Position numbers and translations under genes: made by a program. From positions 126,170,001 through 126,234,000 of the forward strand of contig OZ024740.1 of NCBI GenBank assembly GCA_964016885.1: a stretch of 64,000 nt of DNA. Reading direction: 5' to 3'. Origin of the DNA: Eledone cirrhosa (Eukaryota). The notes under the pieces are model-generated. The model had not been told where the DNA came from, did no database searches, and was given only the letters and a program-made list of their open reading frames with translations. This document shows, one piece after another, positions 12,167 to 24,297 of the stretch. How positions within the stretch are numbered: position 1 is the stretch's first letter; every line of letters begins with the position of its first letter.

Positions 12167-15100
12167 TTACAGATATATACTCAGAGTAGGCCCATTCACT
12201 CGGGCCATTCTTGCTTCTCTCACCCATCTTTCAACAAAATGCTGGGAAGAGAGCACTTCCCTCTCTACTCTGATTTTCCTTTTCATATAAATTTGAAAAA
12301 GTTAATCAAGGCATCACCGAAGATGTAAGTGCTCGTCTTCAGCCCTTTCAAACGTGTCCACCATACTATCTCTTTCGCCATGGCCACCAGACAGATAAAA
12401 ACTGCCTGCCCTTCCCGGCTAAAGGAAGAGGGTGGGGCAATCCTCACGATGAACTCAGATGATAGCCGGATCCGTCCTACACGGGACAGCAGGTGTTCGT
12501 CATAAACCCACAAGTCAGCAATTTTTGGACACTGGACGAGTACGCGCAGGACGGTTTCGTCGCCCTGCGCGCATCTCGGACATGCTCGGCTGACGGCACC
12601 TCCATGCCTGTAAAGTTTATCCCGAACTGGCAAGGCTCCTCGGTATCACTGCCAGGTCAGATATTTCTGGAAGTTGTCCATAGGTCCCGGCCCGAAAGTT
12701 CTTCCGAAGAGATTGGCTAGTTGATTTTCGTCGACGCCTAGAGTTTCCCCAAGTACGTCGTCGCTCTTCCCCTCCACTAATCCTCTATAGAACGCCGAGG
12801 TGGAGTTTCCACCGATCACATTGCCCGATTGGTCGAGGGCTGTGAGCGCCTGAAGACATTCCAGTCTCCAGGCGCTCCCTCTCGGTCTTCGCTTGACCCA
12901 GGACTGCAGCTCCGTCAAGGAAACGAGCTGGGGAAAAACGTGTCTAGCAAACGGCGACCACACCTGATCACCGTCGAAGAAGAGGTGGAGATGTCGTAGC
13001 CTGAGCGCGTGTCTGCGCATCATCAGCCACGGAATGCCCAGCCCTCCATGTAGCGAGTGTTGACAGCAGATGGACCGCCTGACCATCGGAGCGCGTCCCT
13101 TCCACAAAAAGCGAAAGAGCAAACGCTCCAGCGCAGTCAGGCGGGGCTTAGGACAAGGTACAACGGTCAGGCGGTAGCAGATGACAAACGCGATGTACGC
13201 GTTAGCCACCTCCGCTCGACCTTTCAGGGATAGCTTCCTCTCCCCCCATTTCTGGGTGAGAGAAGCCACCCTGCTCGTCACCTCGTCCCAGTTATATTCC
13301 GTCTGGAGGTCCGGACCGAACCAGACCCCTAGCAATTTAACCGGTCCGTCCATCCAGCGCCCAACGACGCTGTTGGACGGCATGGACCTGCCTCTCCAGG
13401 TGCCGAGCTGCAGGCCCATTGACATTACCTGGTTGATCATTGCTCCTGTAACCGCTTCGTATTCTCTTAGTGTAGTGCCGATCACCACGATGTGCTTGGC
13501 GGCGTTCGACACCACTACGGTGACATCGTCCGCATATGCTGACACGGATCTTCCAGTTTGTGCAGTAATGGCTCGAGAGTCAATACGTACAAGAGGGACG
13601 AGAGGGGACATCCTTGGCGGACCGAGCGCATGATGTTGAACGATTCCGAAAGGTGACCGTTCACTCTCACTACAGAGCAGATGTCGCTGTGCATGGCAGC
13701 GATCCAGCCTCTGAAGACGGGCCCAAAGCCAGCCGCCCTCAGGACTGCCGCTAGGTAACGATGGTCGACCCTATTGAAAGCTTTCGACTGATCTAAATTG
13801 ATCAAGGACCCACCCGTGCCAGGTTCCCTAGCTACCCTCTCTACGATGTATCGCATGAGGTGGAGGTTGTCGTGGATGGATATGTCGGGAATGGCGCATG
13901 TATGCGTCTCTCCCACCAGACCACCAACAACAAGCGCCAACCTCTTTGCTAGCACCTTGGCCAAAATCTTGAACTCTTTGTTTAGCAGAGCTATGGGCCT
14001 GAAATTATCTATGTTATCCCCCTTGTTCGGATCCTTTCTCAGCAGTGCCACCGCTCCTCGGCTCACAGAACTGGGAATTCTCCCGTTCTATTGCCAGTTG
14101 CAGTAGACGTCCGCCAAGAGGCCGCCGAACAAGTCTGGCATCTGTTATCGGCTTTTCGCAACACTCCGCCTCAGTGGCCGAGAGCCGCGGCAGTCCGTCG
14201 AGGTAGACACTAAAGTCCATCCCTCGACCCGGCCCACCGCTGCCCCCGAACAGCTGAGCGAAGTGTCGCTGAAAAGCTTCACACATTTGCCCGGGATCGA
14301 GTAGCAAGCGCCCGTTGTGGTCAACCAAAGACCGGATCGTGGCTTTGTTGCCACGACGCGCCTCCGCCACTCGGGCCCATTGAACGGCTTTCGTCCCCTC
14401 GTGTCTGAGAGCACGCACCCTAGCTCTGACAACGCAGCCTTCGTGCTTTGCATTGAAGAATTTGTCAAGGGACAATTTCGCCGCAAGCACGTCGGTCGCA
14501 ATGCCTTTGCTAAGCGCCTCGTCTAATTTTCTAACTAGTTCTCCCACTGCTCTATTTTTATCTATTGCTAAAGCCTTACTAAACCTAATCGATTCTATTT
14601 TAATCGCTCTTTTCAGAGAAAACCACCATTTGTTGTTGACGATGGCCCCCGTCAACGCCCGCTTAACTATTTCGCTAATCCGGTCTCTGCAGGCCTTGCG
14701 CGCTGGTAAGGGCGCATTTAGCCTCCAATGGCCGGGTTCTCGTCTATGAAGCCTATTTAAGTCAAGCACACAGATCACGAATTTGCTGTCCGTGTAGCTG
14801 ACTATCTTGAAATGTGGACAGCCTATGCTAGACCTATCTATTTCCCTACAAAATACTATATCTAGATATGATCTGGATGACCCTATGCGATTTGCCCAAG
14901 TTCACATTGGCACATTCGGGAAATCAAATCGGTACCTGTCAGCCAGTTCAAAACGCCTGAGCAGGTTGGTGAGGCTCTTGCACCCTCCACCCCTATCCGC
15001 TAATCCCACACAGTCCCAGCGTGCATCTAAGATCCCGTTCCAGTCGCCCACTAACACTAAAGAGCGGGACGTTCCAAGAAAGGTCTCCAGAAGAAATCAG

Positions 15101-15458
15101 GCCGCCCTGCTCCTGTCGGGGCATAGACGGCCACTAGCCTGAAAGCTTTCCCGTCTCCGCTGGTCACGTCCAGCACCACCAACTTACCCTCTGGGTCCAG
15201 GAAGACGGCCCGTATGGCGAGATCCAAAGCTCTCCGAAAAAGCACAGCAACTCCTCCCCCCGACCCAGGACGGCTGGGAGATGCGTACACATCGTAGCCG
15301 CCGAAGATCGGTGCGAAGACCCGTGCTTCGGAGATTCTGGTCTCGCTGATGGCCACTACATCTATATTTAGTGACCTGAGGTCGTTGAGCAGGTGACCCT
15401 GCTTCCATGATGGCCCCAAGCCACGCGCATTTATGCTGCCTATTCTGAGTGAGGTCAT
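12167..15458 (-). pseudogene. Tx1 ORF2 (AP endonuclease + RT), multiple frameshifts/deletions
   Basis: SINARGL..ISETR, GDWN, YLD, NFRPI.LLN.EFKILAK, LDQSKAF, RQGCPLS, AYADD. Confidence 0.9.
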
Positions 15459-15493
15459 GTTTAAAATAGAGTGGAAAAGATGGGAAAGACCAT

Positions 15494-17661
15494 TTACCGT
15501 ACTTTTCGTAGAGGAGGGATGGTTTTTCCTTCCCTTTTCACTTGATCGTCTGGTGAAGGGACCGTTGAATCGTCCCTTCGGCTGGTCGTCGGCTCTTCTA
15601 TGAGTATGTCCGAATATACTCTTCGGTTGAAGTTCCTCCTAGGTCTCTAAAATCACCAACTGCGTTGGGGAATTTCGTTTTAATGTTTGTGTATTGTTTC
15701 TGTGCTATTTTTAGCAGCCTTATGTTAGTTGGCGTTTTGATTGGTGCTGGTATTATGTAGTCGTGTTGTGAAATGTCTGTGTGTTCAATTATGTAAGTCA
15801 TTAGTTTCTTGCTGTGTGTATTTATTGCCGTGCATTTGTTTTTCTGGGGGTGGGGTGTGGTTCTGCTATTTTCTTGTCGTTGTTGCTGGGTGTGTGTGTT
15901 TTGTTGTGTTTGCGATGTTGGTACTTGTGGTGGTGGTGTTGAAGGTGTTGTTGTTGTTGGCGGTGGGGTTGTCGCCGGTGGTGATGGTGGTGCTAGTGTG
16001 GGTGGTGATGGTGTTGGTGCTGTTGCTGCTGTGAGTCTCTTTGCAGTAGCCTTTACCCTTTTTTCATTTCTTTCCTCCCTTTTCGAAGGCGACGATGCGC
16101 TGCTTCTGCGTTTGTGCCTTCTTACGACCTTTTGCCATCCCTCTCCCACCTGACACTCCATGTCTGATTCTGTGAGGTCGGGGAGGGGTGCCAGCTCCAC
16201 TCTTTCACTTGTTCTTGTTGGTGATGTTTGCACTGGAATCTCTGTTGCAGCTGCCTTTGCTATTGCTGTTGTTGTTGTTCATACTTCCACTGCTGCTGCT
16301 GTTTCTGATTTCCGTGGCCTGGGTATGGGTGCCACGGACCTATCGTTCCTGGTTGCCGCTTGTCCTGTTGATGGTAGCCGTGGAGCCGGTTGCGGAAGGA
16401 GGGGGGGTTTCTCCTTTCTCAGGGTCTTCTCGTTGCAGAAGGCCCTGAGGTGAGTCTTCGATCCACAGCGAAAGCATTTCGGGTATTTGCCCTCAACACT
16501 TATGGGCAGTTGAGTGCCGTTATCGAAGTCTATCACATCGGGGATAGCTTCGATGCACTCCTGGTTGGTTTGGATTAACATCTCAATGGAGGTGCCGACC
16601 CAATCTTCTCTTACTTTTTTGTGTACTTGCAGTACAGTTGTTTTGTCCTCGATTCCGACGAGGACAGACGCTGCCAGCCAGGAAGGGGCCATCCTGGGGG
16701 GGGGGGGGGGGGGCGTGGGTCAGTTTGACCCTCGCAATTTTTTGCCCGCAGTAGGAGGGCACCAACACCATTTCCTCGCTCCTTAGGGTCACTAAGGATT
16801 GAGCCTTTGCCTCCTGGGGTGTGGCAAAAAGTACGTCTACGGTGGCATATTTCTTGCCTCGGGTGATTTGCGTTTTCCGCTGCCACACAGACCCCAAGGC
16901 TTTTTGTATTTGAGCCTCTGTGGCTCTTTCAACCCTACGGGATTTTGTACTTACTGTACGGTACGTGACCGTACTGTGCTGTTGGGTTTCGAAAAATTTT
17001 CGGCTGCCTTGCAGATTGCTCGGTGTCAAGTTTTTGTCACCATCTTCTTCGCTTCCTCTAATTCCTCATTTGTTATGAGGATGGTTTCCAGGTTCTTTGC
17101 AATACCTGCAAACGAGATTGGTTTTTCTTTGCTGCTGTTGTTGTTGTTGTTGTCGTCAGAGCTGCTGTTACTTTTGTTGTTGCTGCAGGAACTACGACTA
17201 CTGCTGCCGCCGCTGTTGCTGTGGTTGTTGTTGTTGTTGATGCTGCTGCTGTTGTTGTTGCTGCTAATGCTGTTGTTGTTTATGCTGCTGCTGATGCTGT
17301 TGCGGCTGCTACTGTTGTTTTCCTTGTCACTGTTGCAGCTGTTATTACGGCTGCTACTGCTATTATTCCTGACGTCAGACGAATGAAATGGGTTTTCGTA
17401 TATCCCGCACACCTTTTTCGTCGTTGTCGTCGTCGTCGTGGAGAAATCTTGCTCGCTTTGCACGTGATTTTTCTTTTCTGGCGTCGCTTGCGAAAGAGAA
17501 GGGAGGGAGAGAGACACATTTAGAGAAGGGAGGGAGAGAGACAATCTTCTCTCTGTTGTAGTGACGATTGAGGAAGAAGAAGACGGAATGAGTGGGAGTG
17601 ACCTATGAAAATTCTTTTTCGTAGCCTTGTTGTTTTTTTGTTTAAAATAAATATTGGGCAC
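15494..17661 (-). pseudogene. Tx1 ORF1a (gag-like, zinc knuckle, Pro/Thr-rich tail), frameshifted
   Basis: ORF pieces 17026-17661, 16583-17029, 16279-16692, 15598-16233. Confidence 0.8.
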
Positions 17662-17866
17662 AAAACCCCAATAAGCGGTTATTTAACCCCGAAGGGCCAA
17701 ATAACGGGCAGAAAGACCCCTCTCACGAGGAGGAGGGTGTTTTTGTCTACAAGTTGGTTAAAGTTTTAAACAATTTACAATTGTTATAGCCGTCAAAATT
17801 TACAATACCTTACAGAGCCGAGCCTCCGTCAACCATAGCACTCAATAATAATAATAATAATAATAA

Positions 17867-18560
17867 AAAAGGGAAGTAGACGCACATGGTGGATAGAGTG
17901 TTATGGAATCGCTCCCGTAAGTTTTTGATTGTTACGTATCTAAAACAACTGTGATAGAATAATTCTTATTACAAATGGAACATAAGATTACAGTTTTAAC
18001 TCTCAGCAAGTGACAACGCATCACATTATGGCCTAGGGCACAATATTTAAGATTTAATTTTGGCTCAGAAATGTTATAGTCAAAAAGAGGAAAATGGCTA
18101 CGTGGACAAACAACAGGCAAATAAATTCACCACCAACACCATCACCGTCGCCACCATCACCACTACCACACAAACAAATCTAGCCAAACCAACTGTTACT
18201 TCAACACCATCACTACAGTACTACTATAACATCACCACCACCACCACTGCATCATTATCGCTGGCGCCGCTATTCTCAACACTACCTCCTGTTTAGACAG
18301 AGGGATAGTAGTATTCCCACTAAGTGAGGAAGGTATCAAAAGATATAAATACACTGATTTGATGACCGCAACAACAACAACAACAAAAGAATTACTGCTG
18401 CTGTACCTCTAAAACTCCCTCAAAGTGTTTACTTTAAACGATGTCAAATCTAAACTATAATATAATAATAATTGTTTCTATTTGTTTCTTTCTTCGGCGC
18501 AGGGCCGGCAATTGCCCAGTGCATTGCTGGTGCTTTGTTTTATCGACCCCGTATAATATA

Positions 18561-18595
<35 letters not shown>

Positions 18596-19598
18596 TGTTG
18601 CTACTTTTGGCACAAGGCCAGCAATTGCCCAGTGCATTGCGTGTCCTGTGTCTTGTCGACCCCGTGGGGATGGAGGGCAAAGTTAACCTCGGCTGATATA
18701 ATAATAAGGATAAGCAACAAGTGGAAACAAATTTCAAAAGTTTTGAACGCAACAGCTTTTCTTCTCATGAAACTAAAATCAAAAAATCAAAAATCAAAAC
18801 AGCACAGCAGCAACGGAAAACGTAAAGAAAAAAAGAAAAAAACAAACAAACAAACAAAAAAACTAAGTCAGACATTCAAACATTACATTACAATGAAACT
18901 TATGTTTATTTTCTTAAAGTTTTTACCTATTTATTTGTTTATTTATTTATGTTCGTCTGCAGCGTGATAGTGCCACGTTAAAATCATCGGGGGTGATCAA
19001 ATCACTGGGGGTGATGAAATCACCGGTGGTTATGTAACCATACATTCACCAATCCTCGATATGAGTGTTTAAATGTCGAACCTAAACAGTTCGAATAACG
19101 GTGAAGTAGAGACTGGAATGTCATGTGACAGACTCTCACCCAGCAGGTGCTCCCTGGCACAGCATCAGGGACCTGGCTGTCATCCAAATACTGCTGGTGT
19201 TGGAGGAAAAAAGAAGAAGGAAAGGGACCAGAACCAACTGGACGAAATAATTGAATAGAACTGTTATGCAATGTTACCTGAAGAGTAACCCCAAGGAAAA
19301 AGGCTATAGGAAACGGATGCATAACATCTGGAACGAGATTGGTCTATTTAAATTAGATGAACAAAAATTGGCCGGGCAGGCTCGGGTAATAAGAACTAAT
19401 AGGTGGATAAGCGAGCTGGAACTGGAGGAACTGAGCAGAGAGATTAGGCTGGAAATGGAGAGTGGAGTATGCCAGGCAAACGAGCCAGTGGGAAATGAAG
19501 GTGAAGAGGCTGAGAGAACGGAGGAAGCATCCGAAGCAGACAATGATCTGAATGCTGAAATAAATAATACCTGGAACAAAGATACGGCTTTAGGAGAT
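17867..19598 (+). mobile_element. 5' part of RLE1 R4/Dong element (long leader + ORF N-terminus), cut off by a Gypsy LTR
   Basis: Homologous to rc of ~36515-37845; encodes MSNLNSSNN..WTK.LNRTVMQCY..GYRKRM..EQKLAGQAR (R4/Dong N-terminal domain). Confidence 0.88.
18471..18693 (-). mobile_element. two tandem SINE 3' fragments with (AAT)n, inside the RLE1 leader
   Basis: tgtttcta..gcaattgcccagtgcattgc..tcgacccc occurs twice; absent from the 37-kb RLE1 copy. Confidence 0.75.
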
Positions 19599-20052
19599 TA
19601 GTATCAGTGTATATAAATATTATCAAGAATGACAATAAATGCAGGTGAGAGTTGTGACATGGTTTTACTTCACAGAAGTCAAATAAATTGTTATAAAGAA
19701 TTGTTACCACATGTTGATGTTCAGGTGGTCACAACTCCCCCAGATTGGAGTGTGTGGAGGAGAACAGAAAATCTTCTCTTGGTAAGGTTCAAGTGTTTCT
19801 TTAGGCTGCCGGTGTTCTTCTTGGGGGTGAAGGAAGTGAAACAGGAGTCATCTCTTGACAAGGTCTCAGGTGTTCTTGTCTCTTCGAAATTCAGGAGTAG
19901 AGTGTCTCTTATGGCTTGATTGTCGGCGACAATATAGTCCCCAGGGGGACGCAACTCCGTTTAGTACATGAATCTGCCGCTAGGAGTCGCGCCCGTCGCA
20001 AAGGGACGTAATTCCTATACGTGCTGAGTCACAGCCGTAAAGGGCCGCCTCA
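19599..20052 (-). mobile_element. probable 3' LTR of the Gypsy element
   Basis: Preceded on the minus strand by polypurine tract ctggaggagggtac and starts TGAGGCGG; ends at the RLE1 junction; no second LTR in the window to confirm. Confidence 0.6.
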
Positions 20053-23000
20053 GTACCCTCCTCCAGACGCTAGGCGAAAAGCCCGAAGGTAACTGTAGCG
20101 AACCCACAAGCATGGGCTCCCATAACAGGCATGAAATATCAACGCACGGGGTACATGTATGAAATCAGGCATGAAATGGTAAAGAAAAGGAACATAGTAA
20201 TACAATAATAACAAAAGCAAAAAAAGGCTCCAGTGCCCAGTTGATATGATAAAATTTGGAAGAGTTCCTTGGGCCAGTGGACTCTTCGACCGGAACGGGT
20301 CGTGGTCTTGTATCTTGGTGATGGGGGGAGGGGGGGCGGGCAAAGAAACAGGTGTGTGTGCAAAAGAGAATGATGGGGGTGTATGTGGCTCAGGGGTGTG
20401 AGCATCTGTGTGGGCCCGTTTAAGTCTATCAACAGCAATGGACACTCTGGATCCCTTAATGTCTACAGTGAAATGTTTATCAGAACGAGCTAATACACAG
20501 TAGGGTCCAGAGTACGGTTGTGTGAGAGCTGGTCAAACGGCATCATTTCTTACGAACACATGTGTTCAGGAGGCAATATCCCTCGGGACTGCAGGTTTTA
20601 CAGTTTGTTTCCTCGTATCCATCGGCGGCAGGTCCTGAAAATAAGAATGCAGACGGGATACGTAGGAAAACGGATCTTGGAAAGCACGATCTACAGGGGC
20701 AAGCACTTGCCCAGGCAACGCTAGAGGAGCACCATAAAGTAATTCGGCCGGGGAGAACCCAAGGTCCTCCTTTATTGATGACCGAATTCCTAACAACACA
20801 ATAGGAAGGTACTTGCTCCAACGTTGAGAGTCTGGATAGGCACGAAGAGCGGCCTTTAATTGGCGGTGGAATCGTTCCACCATTCCGTTTGAAGCCGGAT
20901 GATAGGCTGTGGTCCGAATCCGTTGAGCGCCAATGATCTTTGTGAGCTCAGAGGAAAGATAAGACTCAAATTGCCTACCACGGTCTGTGGTGACTGTAGT
21001 TGGTACCACAAAGTGTGTAATCCACCCTGATACCAGGGCACGCGCTAGTCTCGGCAGTTATATCTTGTAAGGGGATGGCTTCAGGCCATCTCGAAAAACG
21101 ATCGATACAGGTCAAGAGGTACGAATATCCACTGCTGAATTGCCAAGGTCCAACGATATCAATGTGTATGTGCTGAAACCGAGCATCAGGAGTACTGAAA
21201 GTACCAAGCGGAGTCCGGATGTGTCTGTGGACTTTAGACTTTTGACACTGTGTGCAGGAACGGCACCAGACAGTAATTTCTCGCCTCATATTGGACCAGA
21301 AAAATCTAGCAGTTATAAGCTTTACTGTGGCAGAAATTCCTGGGTGAGAAATGATGTGCAAAGCAAGGACACAATTCGACGGTGAGTCTCAGGAACAAAT
21401 GGTCATGGTGAATCCGTAGATACATCACATAGAATCTGCCTGTCGGTGGTCGACAAGGGCAGATATTTGAAGATGCAAGTCTCAAATTCGACAGAAAGAG
21501 TATCCAACGATTGGAGTGCAGATAGGTCTGCAGCTAAACGACCTAAGTCGATCTCCTGGGATGACGAGATGGAGCTGATTGGCAAACGTGACAATGCGTC
21601 TGCAGCTATGTTATGCGAACCAGCAATGTGCTGGATATCATTTGTAAATTGCGAAACGTAATCTAGGTGCCTTGTCTCTCTGGGCGAATATCTTTCGGCT
21701 TTAGCCCTCAAAGTGAATGTCAGAGGTTTGTGGTCGGTTAAAACAGTAAAATGTCTCCCCTCAAGAATATGAGAGAAATGTTTCACCGACAGATATATGG
21801 CTAATAATTCCCGCCCAAACGTGCTGTAACGGGTTTCTGCTGGTTTCAGCCTCCTCGAGGAAAATGCCAAAGGTTGTTGGTTTCCAGCGTTGAAATGCTG
21901 TAAAACTGCTCCCACAGCGGTATCAGATGCATCAACACAAAGCGAAAGCTTGCCTCTGGTACCGGGTCGGCTAGCAAAGATGAACTAGCGAGTGCTGTCT
22001 TGGCAGTCTGGAAGTCTTGAAGCTGTCCTTGTGTCAAGGAAATATCCTCATTCTTCTTACGACGATTTTTCAAAATGTCAGTAAGGGAAGATAGCAAATT
22101 AGCACAATGAGGAACGAAACGCCTATAGAAATTGATAAGGCCTAAGAAGTGACGCAACTGGTGAATTGTAGTAGGCGGAGGTAAATCCTGTATGGCTTGA
22201 ACTCGCTGAGGGAGCGGCCTAATACCTTCGGCGTCGATGAGGTGGCCTAACAAATTTAGCGAAGTGGAACCGTAAACACACTTTGCAGGATTCACACGAA
22301 CGCGGTAATCCTGAAGTCGCCGAAATAGGAGATGCATGTGGCGCATATGCTCTTCCGGAGAGGAACTAGCGACGAGAATATCGTCTATGTAAGCCTAAAC
22401 AAAGTCCAGACCACGAGTGACTTCGTCTATGAACCACTGAAAAGTGCTAGCAACGTTCCTGAGTCCGAAAGGCATGGTAAAAAATTCGAAGGATCCGAAA
22501 GGAGTTGTAATCGCCGTTTTCGGAATATCCTCCTTCCTGACCGGAATTTGGTGGTAGGCTCGCACTAAATCTAGTTTTGAGAAAATCTTACACCCCTGCA
22601 ATGAAGATGCTAAATCGTGGAGATGGGGATGAGATACCTATCCGGGACGGTCATAGCATTTAACCTCCTATAATCCCTAGTGGATCTCCAGTCGCCGGAA
22701 TTCTTGGGCACCATGTGTAACGGTGAAGCCCAAGGACTCGTAGATGGGCAAATAATGCCCAGCTGCAGCATATGGTCGAACTCGGATCGTGCTGCCTTTA
22801 ATTTGTCCGCCGGTAAGCGGCGTGGACGTGAGAACACTGGGGCGCCAGTTGTATAGATAAAATGCTCCGTTGTGTGAGTCAGTTCGACAACTCGAAAATT
22901 TCCCTGAGTAAACTGTGGGAAAGAATTCAACAATGCATGATAAGCATTCCCAGCATTAGCGATGAAAAAGGTCGGGCTAACCGTTGGAAAATTAGCTTTC

Positions 23001-23878
23001 TGCCCACAAATTGAAAAACCGGTGATGTCATCCACCAGGCGTTGGCCACGGACGTCCCAAGTCAAAGAAAGTTGTGAAGGAAGTCCGCTCCTAAGATAGG
23101 GTATGGCAAATCGGCAACCGTAAAAATCCACTTAAAATCCCTACGAAGATTTAGGAATTTGAGAAGAAACGAGATTTGCCCGTACGTCTTTATAGACGAG
23201 TGATTAACTGCCTCCAGAGTAACGGGTGACTCTTCGGGGGTATCTTTCAGGCAATGGACCGGCTAAATACTACAGGAGGCTCCTGTATCCACGAGGAAAC
23301 CTCTTCCCGACATAAGGTCCTTAATGAAGAAATGGCGGTTTGGTGGCTTTATCTTGAGGTCAACTGCCCCCGTCAGCGGACCTCTCTGGCGTTCCCCGCC
23401 TTATGAAACGAGCAAGGTTGCAAGCAGTGGTTCGCGCTCTCGGCAAATCGCTCATGGTATCAGCAGAAAGATGAAGCTGGTGACTTGGAACGACGTCTAA
23501 CAGATTGAGATCTCCCGTGGCTGCGAGGGCGCGAACGGGAACCACACCAGACCTTCATCTTCTGGAGCTCCAGGGTGAGTTCCTGAATGGACTTCTGCAT
23601 CGCTATAATAGCTGAGCTCTCTATAGGAGCTGCCGCGCAGATGGCATGGCCAGGTGTGGCCTGAACTGGTTGGGAGACAGCGGCAAGGGTGTCGCTGCCT
23701 CCAGCACCCGTAACTTCGAAAACTTTGTCCGCAAAGGCGGCAAGCTGCTCCACCGTGCAAGTAACCCTAATGGGGGCCAAAATTGCCTGTACGCTGGTCG
23801 GTAGGCGCGAGAAGAACAACTGCTTCAGCATAGGAGTTTCCGCTACCGACACCTCCGTTAGGTCCTTCATTCACCTTA
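20053..23878 (-). mobile_element. Ty3/Gypsy LTR retrotransposon internal region (gag-PR-RT-RH-IN), 5'-truncated, frameshifted
   Basis: gag LKQLFFSRLP; protease FLVDTGA; [31 protein letters not shown]; RNase H YSTFGRELLA..TDHKPL..ADALSR; integrase HPG..C..CQ, HIDIVGP, TDRG.QF, YHPASNGMVER. Confidence 0.93.
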
Positions 23879-23879
23879 G

Positions 23880-24284
23880 GAGCCCATTGAACGTCTTTCG
23901 TCCCCTCGTGTCTGAGAGCACGCACCCTAGCTCTGACAACGCAGCCTTCGTGTTTCTGCATTGAAGAATTGGTCAAGGGCCAATTTCGCCGCAAGTACGT
24001 CGGTCGCGATACCTTTGCTAAGCGCCTCGTCTAATTGTCTAACTAGTTCTCCCTCTGCTCTATTTTCTCTATTGCTAAAGCCTTACTAAACCTAATGGAC
24101 TCTGTTCTAATCGCTCTTTTTAGAGCAAACCACCACGTGTTGTTGATGATGACCCCCGTCAACGCCCACTTAACTAGTTCGCTAATCCGGTGTCTGTAGG
24201 CATTGCGCGCTGGTAATGACGCGTTTAGCTTCCAGTAGCCGGGTCCTTGTCTATGAAACCTATCTAAGTCAACCACACAGATCA
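23880..24284 (-). mobile_element. isolated Tx1 ORF2a internal fragment
   Basis: GPGYWKLNASLPAR..HEGCVVRARVRALRHEGTK, close to copies A and C. Confidence 0.9.
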
Positions 24285-24297
24285 GGAATGTGTGGAA

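Larger units (their letters stand above)
11917..17843 (-). mobile_element. Tx1/L1-clade LINE copy A (ORF1a + ORF2a), full-length span, decayed
   Basis: Both ends abut (AAT)n; ORF1 with CCHC knuckle CFRCGSKTHLRAFC; ORF2 with APE, RT and C-terminal CPRC..ET..C; 3' UTR with aataaa. Confidence 0.92.
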
